32,000 bases of DNA from Promethearchaeota archaeon (lineage in GTDB: Archaea; Asgardarchaeota; Lokiarchaeia; Sigyniarchaeales; SOKP01). Each line of letters opens with the position of its first letter. Position 1 is the stretch's first letter. The stretch spans positions 60,001 through 92,000 of the forward strand of contig JAUWGH010000003.1 of assembly GCA_030606485.1 (NCBI GenBank). Reading direction: 5' to 3'. A program made the position numbers and the translations under genes. Positions 9,456-17,877 of the stretch are shown here, in pieces. The notes beneath the pieces are model-generated. The model ran no database searches. It saw nothing but the letters and a program-made list of their open reading frames with translations, and was not told where the DNA came from.

Positions 9456-9494
9456 GGAGAACGGCTTCTCCTAAGGAGAAGCCACCTTTTTTTT
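9456..9494 (+). terminator. GC-rich hairpin followed by T8, with an alternative competing hairpin
   Basis: GGCTTCTCC(9463-9471)-TAA-GGAGAAGCC(9475-9483)-acc-T8(9487-9494). An upstream GGAGAA (9456-9461) can also pair with TTCTCC (9466-9471). Confidence 0.55.
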
Positions 9495-9710
9495 CCTTGC
9501 AAAGCAATAAATTAAATCGAATTTAGACCTATTTATAAAAGTAAATATAGTTAATAATGAGTTTATTAGTTAAGATCCTTAAGTCTTTAAAAAAAATCAA
9601 AAAAGTTAATAAAAATTTAATCTATTAAGAAGTATTAGATATAAGGAATATTAAATTAACATTAAAAAATTATAATCAAACAAAAAAAAAATAAAAGTAA
9701 GTGAATTACT

Positions 9711-10481
9711 ATGGATTGGGGAATGAAAAATCGCTTATCACGGATAATTAACCCAAAATCTGGGCATTGTGTAATGTTAGCAGTTGATCACGGTTATTTT
9801 GGGAATGTTCCTGGTGCTTTGAAACGTTTTGAAGACTTAAATATACTTTTTGAATATGCTGACGCTTTAATGTTAACACGTGGAATGCTTCGAAACTGTG
9901 TTCCTGCAGAAGTTGATAAACCAATAGTTCTGAGAGTTTCAGCTGGTGCGAGTATGCTGAAGGAACTCTCAAATGAGGAAATCAATGTTACTATAGATGA
10001 TGCGATAAGATTGAATGTATCTGCTATCACATGCTCGATTTTTATCGGTGGTGAATATGAAAAACAATCAATTATGAATCTTTCGAAGTTAGTAAATTGG
10101 GGTCAAACATATGGTATCCCGGTTCTAGCAGTTACTGCTGTTGGTAGAGAGATGGTAAGAGATGCAAGATATTTGGGTATGGCATCTCGAATGGCAGCTG
10201 AAATGGGTGCAACTTTCGTTAAAACTTATTACTGTGAAGATTTTGAGGAAGTTACTAGTATATGTCCAGCACCAGTTGTTATTGCAGGTGGCAGTAAAAT
10301 TCCTGAGAGAGATGCTTTACAAATGGCTAAAAATGCTATAGATAAAGGGGCAGTCGGCGTAGACATGGGAAGGAATATTTTTCAATCTGATAAACCTGTT
10401 GGAATGATTAAAGCAGTAAGAGAAATTGTCCATAAGAACGCTAGTGTAGATGATGCATTTGAAATTTACCAAAACGGGTGA
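9711..10481 (+). CDS. lsrF: LsrF-type 3-hydroxy-5-phosphonooxypentane-2,4-dione thiolase (class I aldolase fold)
   Basis: N-terminus MDWGMKNRLSRI, MLAVDHGYF, FVKTYY (Schiff-base Lys), VIAGG and GVDMGRNIFQ. These match the LsrF subfamily rather than DhnA-type FBP aldolase. Confidence 0.9.
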   Translation: MDWGMKNRLSRIINPKSGHCVMLAVDHGYFGNVPGALKRFEDLNILFEYADALMLTRGMLRNCVPAEVDKPIVLRVSAGASMLKELSNEEINVTIDDAIRLNVSAITCSIFIGGEYEKQSIMNLSKLVNWGQTYGIPVLAVTAVGREMVRDARYLGMASRMAAEMGATFVKTYYCEDFEEVTSICPAPVVIAGGSKIPERDALQMAKNAIDKGAVGVDMGRNIFQSDKPVGMIKAVREIVHKNASVDDAFEIYQNG

Positions 10482-10539
10482 ATTAAAAAATTTTCTTAAT
10501 TTTTTTTTCTACATTTATTTATATTTTACGGGATTATTC

Positions 10540-11517
10540 CTATTTACTTTCATAATAAGGTGATTGTCTAAGTATATGTTTTTTAGCAATTGGCCGAATA
10601 ATCAGCGGAAAAATTTGATTGAAAAATCTTGAGACTTTAACCTTTTTCTTGACTTCTTTAAAATAATCATCAAGAGTGTATCTCTGATATTGAAGTAAAT
10701 TTTGACTTTTTTCTGTATCCATAAATCCACAGTGAAAATCATCTTCACTAAAGGCCTCGGAAGGTAAAAAATTGGTTCCAAGACCAAATAATTTAAACAT
10801 TCTATTAAGATAATCCCTATAGATGATCCGACATTTTTGTCCTCCGGCGATATTCAGTGTTTCACCCCAAATTTCATTATTTTCCACTGTATTTGCAAGA
10901 GCAAGTCCAACATCTTTAGTATCGCAAATCTCAATACATGTGTCTAGTGGCATATCAAACATTATGGGGTCCATTTGAAGTTTATTAGGGGAGACAATAT
11001 AGGTTAAGCGTAAAATAACCCATTTTAAACTATAAGATCTGATGAGATCTTCACATTTTAGTTTTTGTTTGGCATATTCATCATCAATTGTGGGATCAGG
11101 AGGGTCGCTAGTGCTAATTAAAGGAGATTTACGGCGATCTCCATAAATTGCTATTGAAGATGTATAAACCAATCGAGGCTTTTGGGGTTGCATTTCCATT
11201 GCCTTAATAATATTTGAGGTTCCTCCAACATTAACTTCTTCGGCAAATTTTGGTTGTGCATCAGCAATTGGAGGAATTATGGCAGCAACATGTAATACGA
11301 CATCCATTCCTGAGACGGCTTTATTAACATCCTCACTATTCCGTAAATCCCCCCAAATTATTTCAACTTTTCCTTCATAATCTTTTGCTATCTTTTTATT
11401 TTTAGAATTCTCAATATCAAAAATTCTAATGTTATAATTTTTTTTAGATAATTCCTTTAAAGTGCTTAATCCGACATTTCCAAAAGCTCCTGTAAGAAGA
11501 ATATTCATTAATTTCAC
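10540..11517 (-). CDS. NAD(P)-dependent epimerase/dehydratase (extended SDR)
   Basis: ILLTGAFGNVG Rossmann motif, VLHVAA, YTSSIAIYG, YAKQK (YxxxK). Confidence 0.9.
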   Translation of the reverse strand: MKLMNILLTGAFGNVGLSTLKELSKKNYNIRIFDIENSKNKKIAKDYEGKVEIIWGDLRNSEDVNKAVSGMDVVLHVAAIIPPIADAQPKFAEEVNVGGTSNIIKAMEMQPQKPRLVYTSSIAIYGDRRKSPLISTSDPPDPTIDDEYAKQKLKCEDLIRSYSLKWVILRLTYIVSPNKLQMDPIMFDMPLDTCIEICDTKDVGLALANTVENNEIWGETLNIAGGQKCRIIYRDYLNRMFKLFGLGTNFLPSEAFSEDDFHCGFMDTEKSQNLLQYQRYTLDDYFKEVKKKVKVSRFFNQIFPLIIRPIAKKHILRQSPYYESK

Positions 11518-11622
11518 TAGTTAATTTTAAAAAAAAATTAGATTTATCATAAAAATAATATTCAATTCGTATTAAAAGTTACAAAATTTACAAATATTTA
11601 AATTTAATTATTATTGACATTG

Positions 11623-12663
11623 TTACGGTTCGAAGATGACCTTTAAAGATTCATTCGCTTCACAGACTACTTTAAAAGCATCTCCAGCTCTACTTAGTGG
11701 AAATCGGTGGGAAATTAAATCTACTACCTTTATTTTTTTAGATTTAATCCATTCAAATGCTTCATCAAGATCTTCAGGAGCAGCGCCATAAGAAGTCATA
11801 ATAACAACCTCATTCCTCCAGTAATCATTTATGGGGATTTTTATATTTATACCGGGTTTTGGGACTGCAAAATAAATAATAACCGTTCCAGGGCCTGCAC
11901 ATTCTATTGCCTGTTTTGCAGCAGATAATGCACCTGTACATACAATTATACAATCAGGAGGCCTGTTTTCGTTAAATTTTTTTACCTCTGCAAGTATGTT
12001 TTTACTTGCATGGAGAACTACTTCTGCCCCAAATTCTTTTGCCTTTTTTAATCGGTATTCACTAATATCAGTTGAAATTATTTTATCAATCCCCTTTGCT
12101 TTTGCTAATATAAGATGCAATAGGCCTGAAACTCCACTACCTAAAATTAAGAGTGTTTGTCCTTTTCTAATATTTGCTAAACGCTGAGCTCGACATACAC
12201 ATCCTAATGGTTCAATAAAAACTCCCTCGTCATACGTCATATTCTCTGACAAAACATAAACCCCCTTTTTTTCTAAATTGATATTTGGAATTTTAATATA
12301 TTCTGCAAAACCCCCAGGATCATAATTTGTATTATGTAATAAATGACAAGCGGTATGATGCCCAAGTTGACAGTAATGGCAATCGAAATCCGGTACGTGA
12401 TGGGACACAAAAACTCGATCCCCTAATTTATAATCCGAAACACCTTCACCGATTTCAACAATATCACCCGTCATCTCATGACCTAGAACGAGACTATCTA
12501 CTCCTAATTTTTTCATTTTAGCAAAACGATAATATTCCAAAATATCACTCCCGCAAATTCCAGATTTTTTTACTTTTATTAATAGTTCTCCATAATTGAT
12601 CTGAGGTTTAGGCATTTCTTCTAATCTAACATCATCATTATTATAATATTTTGCAACTTTCAT
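11623..12663 (-). CDS. Zinc-dependent medium-chain dehydrogenase (L-iditol/sugar-alcohol dehydrogenase-like)
   Basis: GICGSD, LGHE, structural Zn site DFDCHYC...C, IEPLGC, ILGSGVSG. Confidence 0.9.
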   Translation of the reverse strand: MKVAKYYNNDDVRLEEMPKPQINYGELLIKVKKSGICGSDILEYYRFAKMKKLGVDSLVLGHEMTGDIVEIGEGVSDYKLGDRVFVSHHVPDFDCHYCQLGHHTACHLLHNTNYDPGGFAEYIKIPNINLEKKGVYVLSENMTYDEGVFIEPLGCVCRAQRLANIRKGQTLLILGSGVSGLLHLILAKAKGIDKIISTDISEYRLKKAKEFGAEVVLHASKNILAEVKKFNENRPPDCIIVCTGALSAAKQAIECAGPGTVIIYFAVPKPGINIKIPINDYWRNEVVIMTSYGAAPEDLDEAFEWIKSKKIKVVDLISHRFPLSRAGDAFKVVCEANESLKVIFEP

Positions 12664-12783
12664 AATTAATCTATAAATTTTTTATTTATAGAGAATATTT
12701 TAATCTAAATAGAAATAACTTTACTTTTAATTTTACTACTTTTCTTCAACTTTTTTATAGAATTAAATTGAATAATAATTATT

Positions 12784-13317
12784 ATGAATGCAAAAAATTC
12801 AGATCAAGTTGACTTAGATAAGTGTTTTGATGAAAAAATAGAAGAATTAAATAAACTATTACCAAAAGGGGAGCAAAATAAAAACTGTTCTGCTTGGACT
12901 TTTATAAGTATCTTGGATGTATTAGGATTAGAAAGTGTTTTTTTTAATAATCTGGCAATTCCTCTTGCTGAAGGTTTTGGGGGTTTTAAGAGCATGCATG
13001 GGTGGAAAGGGCCTTGTGGAGCCATCTGTGGTGGTTGTGCTGCAATCGGAATAATAATGGGAGGGCAACAAGAGTTAAAATTTGGAGCTAAACCAAGAAT
13101 ATATTTAAGAACGGCTAAATTCGTTCATTACTTTGAGAAAGAGTTTGGCTCTGTAATTTGCGAAGATCTTTGTGGAATAGATTTTGGAGATCCTTCTGGA
13201 CTTCAGAAATATTTAGATGATGATATTTGGGGAAAAACATGCTATAAATATGTTATTAAAGCAGTTGATCTTGTAAGAAAAGTAACAGGTAAAGAATTAA
13301 TAAGAAAGTGGGGTTGA
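12784..13317 (+). CDS. C-GCAxxG-C-C family putative redox-active protein
   Basis: Single Cys (NCSA), then FGG...GPCGAICGG, then ICEDL and TCYKYV, which gives the C, GCAxxG, C, C spacing. Confidence 0.85.
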   Translation: MNAKNSDQVDLDKCFDEKIEELNKLLPKGEQNKNCSAWTFISILDVLGLESVFFNNLAIPLAEGFGGFKSMHGWKGPCGAICGGCAAIGIIMGGQQELKFGAKPRIYLRTAKFVHYFEKEFGSVICEDLCGIDFGDPSGLQKYLDDDIWGKTCYKYVIKAVDLVRKVTGKELIRKWG

Positions 13318-13319
13318 TA

Positions 13320-13715
13320 TCACATCGATAATAATTCTTCTTTAGATATTTCTTGTCGGTGTTTTTGATCTGCCCATAATTTACGATAGAAATAGAAATA
13401 TTCATATAAATCTAATTTGTCTGGTGAATAAATTAGAATTCCATCTTTGATAACTTGAATTTTAATATATAATGGTAATTCAGAGAAAAATCGAATGTCA
13501 TATTTTTTCGAAACAACGTCTATATTTCTTAAGAATACTGATAATAGTTCGTAATTTTCTTTATTTGGAGCAACAATACAAATATCGATATCACTTCTAT
13601 TTGTCTCCCAATTATATATATAAGATCCGAATAATAATATCCCTAATATCTCTTTATTTGTAAATGAAAATGAAAAATCATTAATTATTTGGTTTAAAAG
13701 TTCTTTTGATACCAT
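13320..13715 (-). CDS. mntA: Minimal nucleotidyltransferase (MNT) antitoxin
   Basis: LFGSYIYNWETNRSDIDIC is an exact GSx10DxD. Start overlaps the upstream HEPN stop by 22 nt. Confidence 0.85.
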   Translation of the reverse strand: MVSKELLNQIINDFSFSFTNKEILGILLFGSYIYNWETNRSDIDICIVAPNKENYELLSVFLRNIDVVSKKYDIRFFSELPLYIKIQVIKDGILIYSPDKLDLYEYFYFYRKLWADQKHRQEISKEELLSM

Positions 13716-14131
13716 TTCTTAACAACCTCTTTATATTTCTCTAAACCATTTATGTGAGACAAAATTCCCTTATATGCAATTTCATCAACAAGACGATTAT
13801 ATTTATGCACAATTTTATTTCGCAGGCCAGTTGCTTCTTTTATAACAAGTGATATTTCTTTAGAAATAATTTGTTTCTTAACTAAAAGATTAATATTCGT
13901 ATAATCATCTTTGGGGATTAGATTTAAATCTTTTATGATCATTGCTGCTAAATCTGAAATTGCTTCTATTATTATTTGATAAGCATGATATATTGATAAT
14001 TGTTCTCTGATATTTAATTTATATATGAAATCATTTTTATTAATATCTTTAGTCCAATCCTTAAGATAATTTAAGAATTCTTCAATTTGTTCTAACTTTT
14101 CTTTATACCTTTTGATTCTTTTCTTTTCCAT
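13694..14131 (-). CDS. hepT: HEPN (DUF86) ribonuclease toxin
   Basis: GLRNKIVHKY is the Rx4HxY motif. All-helical composition, paired with the MNT gene. Confidence 0.85.
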   Translation of the reverse strand: MEKKRIKRYKEKLEQIEEFLNYLKDWTKDINKNDFIYKLNIREQLSIYHAYQIIIEAISDLAAMIIKDLNLIPKDDYTNINLLVKKQIISKEISLVIKEATGLRNKIVHKYNRLVDEIAYKGILSHINGLEKYKEVVKKWYQKNF

Positions 14132-14208
14132 TCTAATATGATATATTATTTTATTTTTTAATATTTATGCATTTGGGATTAATTAATTGGCTCATATTTT
14201 TGCATTTC

Positions 14209-15696
14209 TTAATATTTTAAGTATAATTTATAAGCTTCTTCCCATTTTGAATTATTTTCTGGTTTATAAGATTTTATTTCAAAAGAATTCCTAACAATAC
14301 GTCGTAATTGTTCAAGTGATTCTATTTGATCTGTCGCTACAGCCTGCATTAAAATATTTCCAATAGTTGTAGCTTCACTTGGTCCAGCATCTACAGGAAG
14401 ATTAGTAGCATTGGATGTAAATTGGCATAGAAGTTCATTTTGAGAACCTCCACCAATAATATAAATTTTTTCGATTTTTTTATCTGAAAATTCATGTAAT
14501 TGGTCGAGAATTTGACGATATCTAAAAGCTAATCCTTTAAAAATTGTTCTAGAAATAGAACCTATTTCCGTGGGAACATCTTGATCTGTTCCTTTACAGT
14601 AATTTTGGATTGTTTCAATCATATTCTTTGGGTTTAAAAACATTTCATTATCTGGAAAAATAAAACTAGTATGTGGTTTTGCTCTTTGCGCTAATTTTTC
14701 AATTTCATCATAAGAAATTTTTGTTCTATTTTGTTCTTCCCATATTCGTTTGCATTCTTGAATTAACCATAATCCCATAATATTTTTAAGAAAGCGAATT
14801 GTTCCAAAAACCCCTCCTTCATTAGTAAAATTATATTTAAGAGCTTTTTGATTTATTATGGGTTGAGATAATTCTAATCCCATTAAACTCCAAGTACCCG
14901 AGCTAATATAAGCCCAATTCTTAACTTTTTCTTCAAGTGGGACTGCTGCAATTGCCGCAGCAGTATCATGACAGAGAGTTGCAATAACGGGTGTATTTTC
15001 ATCTAAACCAGTTTTATTTGTTATAGAGTTATATATTTTTCCAAGAATAGTTCCAGGGTTTATAATACCGGGAAACCACTTAGGATTGAATCCTAACTTT
15101 TTTATTAAATCAAACGCCCATTCATTCTTAATTGGATTATATAACTGCGATGTTGTTGCTAATGTATATTCTGATCTAATTTTTCCTGATAGTAAGAAGT
15201 TAAAATAATCTGCAATCATTAAGAATTTTTTTGTAACAGTAAGTTGTGGGGATTTGGATTTTACCATAGAAAATAATTGAGTAGAGCTATTAATTGGCAT
15301 GAATTGAATTCCAGTTTGATTAAAGATTTCTTCTTTTCGAACGACCTTAAACATTTCATCAACCATTCCATCAGTTCGCTTATCTCGATAATGATGATTG
15401 AGCCCTACAAGCTCATAATTTTCATCTAAAAGAACAAAATCAACTCCCCAACTATCGATTCCAATTCCATCAAAATTGGGTCCATACTTTTCTACACACA
15501 TCTTCAAACCATTTTTTATTTCTTCGAAGAGTCTTAAAGTATCCCAATATAAGGAATCAAATAATTGAATACCTCCATTGGAGAAACGGTATACCTCATC
15601 CAATTTTAAGAGTTTGCTTTCAAGAATTCCTACTATTACCCTTCCCGCACTTGCACCTAGATCTATTCCAATATATTTCTTCATTGGCTCTGTCAT
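14209..15696 (-). CDS. rhaB: Rhamnulokinase-family (FGGY) sugar kinase
   Basis: GIDLGASAGRV, GIGIDSWGVDF, HYRDKRT, TGIQFMPINS, HDTAAA, YISSGTWSLMG, FTNEGG, NIMGLWLIQEC, GGGSQN, EAT.IGN. Confidence 0.88.
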   Translation of the reverse strand: MTEPMKKYIGIDLGASAGRVIVGILESKLLKLDEVYRFSNGGIQLFDSLYWDTLRLFEEIKNGLKMCVEKYGPNFDGIGIDSWGVDFVLLDENYELVGLNHHYRDKRTDGMVDEMFKVVRKEEIFNQTGIQFMPINSSTQLFSMVKSKSPQLTVTKKFLMIADYFNFLLSGKIRSEYTLATTSQLYNPIKNEWAFDLIKKLGFNPKWFPGIINPGTILGKIYNSITNKTGLDENTPVIATLCHDTAAAIAAVPLEEKVKNWAYISSGTWSLMGLELSQPIINQKALKYNFTNEGGVFGTIRFLKNIMGLWLIQECKRIWEEQNRTKISYDEIEKLAQRAKPHTSFIFPDNEMFLNPKNMIETIQNYCKGTDQDVPTEIGSISRTIFKGLAFRYRQILDQLHEFSDKKIEKIYIIGGGSQNELLCQFTSNATNLPVDAGPSEATTIGNILMQAVATDQIESLEQLRRIVRNSFEIKSYKPENNSKWEEAYKLYLKY

Positions 15697-15721
15697 AAAT
15701 TATAATTAAATATCGAAATTT

Positions 15722-15727
15722 TTATAA
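15722..15727. promoter_or_regulatory. Candidate shared palindromic TATA core between divergent kinase and aldolase genes
   Basis: TTATAA is centred about 28 nt from both start codons (15696 and 15752). The motif is common in AT-rich DNA, so support is weak. Confidence 0.3.
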
Positions 15728-15751
15728 TTTTTCAAATATTTATGGAAAATT

Positions 15752-16426
15752 ATGGAAGCTGATAAAGAAGACCAACTTAGAATAGAAGTTGTAAATGGAG
15801 CGAAAGCAATCTTTACTAAAGGCTTAGTGGAAGCAGGAGAAGGTAATGTAAGTATCCGAATTCCAAAAAAGGATGAACTCTTCATCACACCATCATTTAA
15901 TCAATATACAACCTTAGTGAAAAATGAAATAGTTCATATGAAATTTGATGGTACGCCTTTAAGTTCAGGAAAACTGCCCTCTACAGAATATCGGCTTCAT
16001 GTAGCTATTTATGAAGCGCGTCCAAAAGCTAATTGTGTAATACACACTCATTCACCATTTGCAACTATGCTTTCTGTTGTGCAAAAAAAGATTCCAGTAA
16101 TTATGGAAGAACAAATTGTATTTATAGGTGGATCTGTTGATATAGCGGAATTTGGTAAGGCACATACTGAAGAAATTGGAGAAAAAGCACTTGAAGTTAT
16201 GGGTATGAAAAATGGTGTATTATTAGCCAATCATGGAGTTTTAGTATGTGCAAGATCTATGGGACATGTTGTTAAATTGGCAGAATTGATTGAAAAATTA
16301 GCAAGAATTTATTGGGGCGCACTCCAAATAGGAGAACCTATTTTAATTTCAGAAGAAGATTGTCAAAGATTTAAAAAACACTTCGATTCTTTGTTTGCAA
16401 CTTATGTAAAAAAAAGAAAGAGATAA
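15752..16426 (+). CDS. fucA: Class II aldolase/adducin family, L-fuculose-1-phosphate aldolase-like
   Basis: GEGNVS.R, ITPS, PSTE..LH, HTHS, LLANHG (metal-binding His triad and catalytic Glu). Substrate not proven. Confidence 0.75.
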   Translation: MEADKEDQLRIEVVNGAKAIFTKGLVEAGEGNVSIRIPKKDELFITPSFNQYTTLVKNEIVHMKFDGTPLSSGKLPSTEYRLHVAIYEARPKANCVIHTHSPFATMLSVVQKKIPVIMEEQIVFIGGSVDIAEFGKAHTEEIGEKALEVMGMKNGVLLANHGVLVCARSMGHVVKLAELIEKLARIYWGALQIGEPILISEEDCQRFKKHFDSLFATYVKKRKR

Positions 16427-16489
16427 ACTATAAATAATTAAAACTTTTTAAAATTTTAAAAAAAAAAATTAAAAGAGTTAGAACAATCT

Positions 16490-16990
16490 TTGACTGCAAA
16501 TATAATTACAAAAGTAGTAGAAATAAATAACTGTAATGGAGATACACTTATAGCAGCAATTTATAAAGAAGAATTTTGGGAAATTGTGAGTCCTGTTACT
16601 AAAATTGAAGTAGAGTTCATTTCCCCCAATGTATTTCGGAGTGAGATTATTGATGAAGTTAAATTAAAACTTTTAAATATTCCAATAGAGATGACCGGAG
16701 AAATGGTTTTATTAGATAAGGGAGAAATAGCACAGAAAGGACGATTAATTGAATTTAACGTTCGAAATAATAAAGATGTAAAAAGATTAGAAGGGCGTTT
16801 TAGAATTAAACAGATCTCTACAAATGTTGCAAAAGTTGGAGTATTCATTCAAAATCTTGAATTAAGTAGTGATTTTCTTAACCTTATTGGTAAAGGCGCT
16901 TCGGAATTTATTCTGAGATCAAAAATAACTGGCTTGTTGAGAAATTTGGAAAAATACTGCAAAACTAGCAATCTTAAAGATCTTTTATAG
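16490..16990 (+). CDS. Hypothetical protein, possibly SRPBCC/START (CoxG-like) helix-grip fold
   Basis: 166 aa. An N-terminal strand and short helices (FWEIVSPV) are followed by many alternating beta-strands and a long C-terminal helix. The fold call is pattern-based only. Confidence 0.55.
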   Translation: MTANIITKVVEINNCNGDTLIAAIYKEEFWEIVSPVTKIEVEFISPNVFRSEIIDEVKLKLLNIPIEMTGEMVLLDKGEIAQKGRLIEFNVRNNKDVKRLEGRFRIKQISTNVAKVGVFIQNLELSSDFLNLIGKGASEFILRSKITGLLRNLEKYCKTSNLKDLL

Positions 16991-17117
16991 CATAAGAAAT
17001 CTCATAAAATTTATATTTCCTTTAAAATTTAGGTAAAGATAAATAAAAACTTATTATAAAATAATAAATTCATATAAATTTAAGATATTTCAATTTTAGA
17101 AACTAATGTGATATTTC

Positions 17118-17405
17118 ATGCCTCAAAATAAAGAAAAAAGGACAAAAGATAAACCATTAGATATCACTGAAGAGACCAGAGAATGCCCAATATGTGGGAA
17201 AATGTTAAAAAGACCATATTGGAAACATCTACAAAAAAAGCATCCAAAAGAATATCATGAGAATAGAACTACATGGATTCAGCTCTATAAAGATTACACT
17301 GCAATGGGAATGTCAATGGATATGAGTTTAACAGTTATTAGTGAATTGTTTAATGCCTCAGTAAAAGAGATTAAATCACTTTTAAAGAAAGAAAAAATAT
17401 TATGA
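17118..17405 (+). CDS. Small C2H2-type zinc-finger protein with helical C-terminus
   Basis: CPIC-x10-H-x4-H (CPICGKMLKRPYWKHLQKKH). Confidence 0.7.
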   Translation: MPQNKEKRTKDKPLDITEETRECPICGKMLKRPYWKHLQKKHPKEYHENRTTWIQLYKDYTAMGMSMDMSLTVISELFNASVKEIKSLLKKEKIL

Positions 17406-17446
17406 AAAATATGATTTAGTATTCAAATTATTTAAAATATATAAAG

Positions 17447-17740
17447 TTAAAATTCCTCCTCTTCTTCCTCCTTTAACAAACCTGCTTGTTTCAACATATC
17501 CTCAACAGTTTCTTTTGTTTTCATAACTTGTTCGTTATCTTTCAAGTTCAAGTTCTCTAAAACCGAATCGGTGAATTCCATAAACTTTTTAATCGATTTA
17601 CTAGATAAATCTTCAACTTTCTCTTGTGTTTCTTTTACAAAATCTCTTCCAGAATCACCAAAAACACTCCCAACAAAATCAAGGAATGATTTATTTAATT
17701 TGTCAATGAAGGTTTCATCTCTTTCTTCTTCATAACTCAT
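17447..17740 (-). CDS. Small acidic helical hypothetical protein
   Basis: 97-aa ATG ORF, amphipathic-helical and E/D/K-rich, ending in EEEEEF. Convergent with the zinc-finger gene. Confidence 0.7.
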   Translation of the reverse strand: MSYEEERDETFIDKLNKSFLDFVGSVFGDSGRDFVKETQEKVEDLSSKSIKKFMEFTDSVLENLNLKDNEQVMKTKETVEDMLKQAGLLKEEEEEEF

Positions 17741-17877
17741 AATTTATTTACCTTATAAAAACGTATTTTAATTTATTTCATTTAATTGATTTTATAAAAA
17801 TTTAATCATATTGATACGAATTTTAAACAATAAAACTTTTTTTACCTTCCTTGTTTATCTGAACCTTTCTATTATTT

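Noticed and set aside
9450-9515. 21-codon mini-ORF across the GC-rich hairpin (leader-peptide idea)
   Set aside because: No SD, no telling codon runs, and too short to support.
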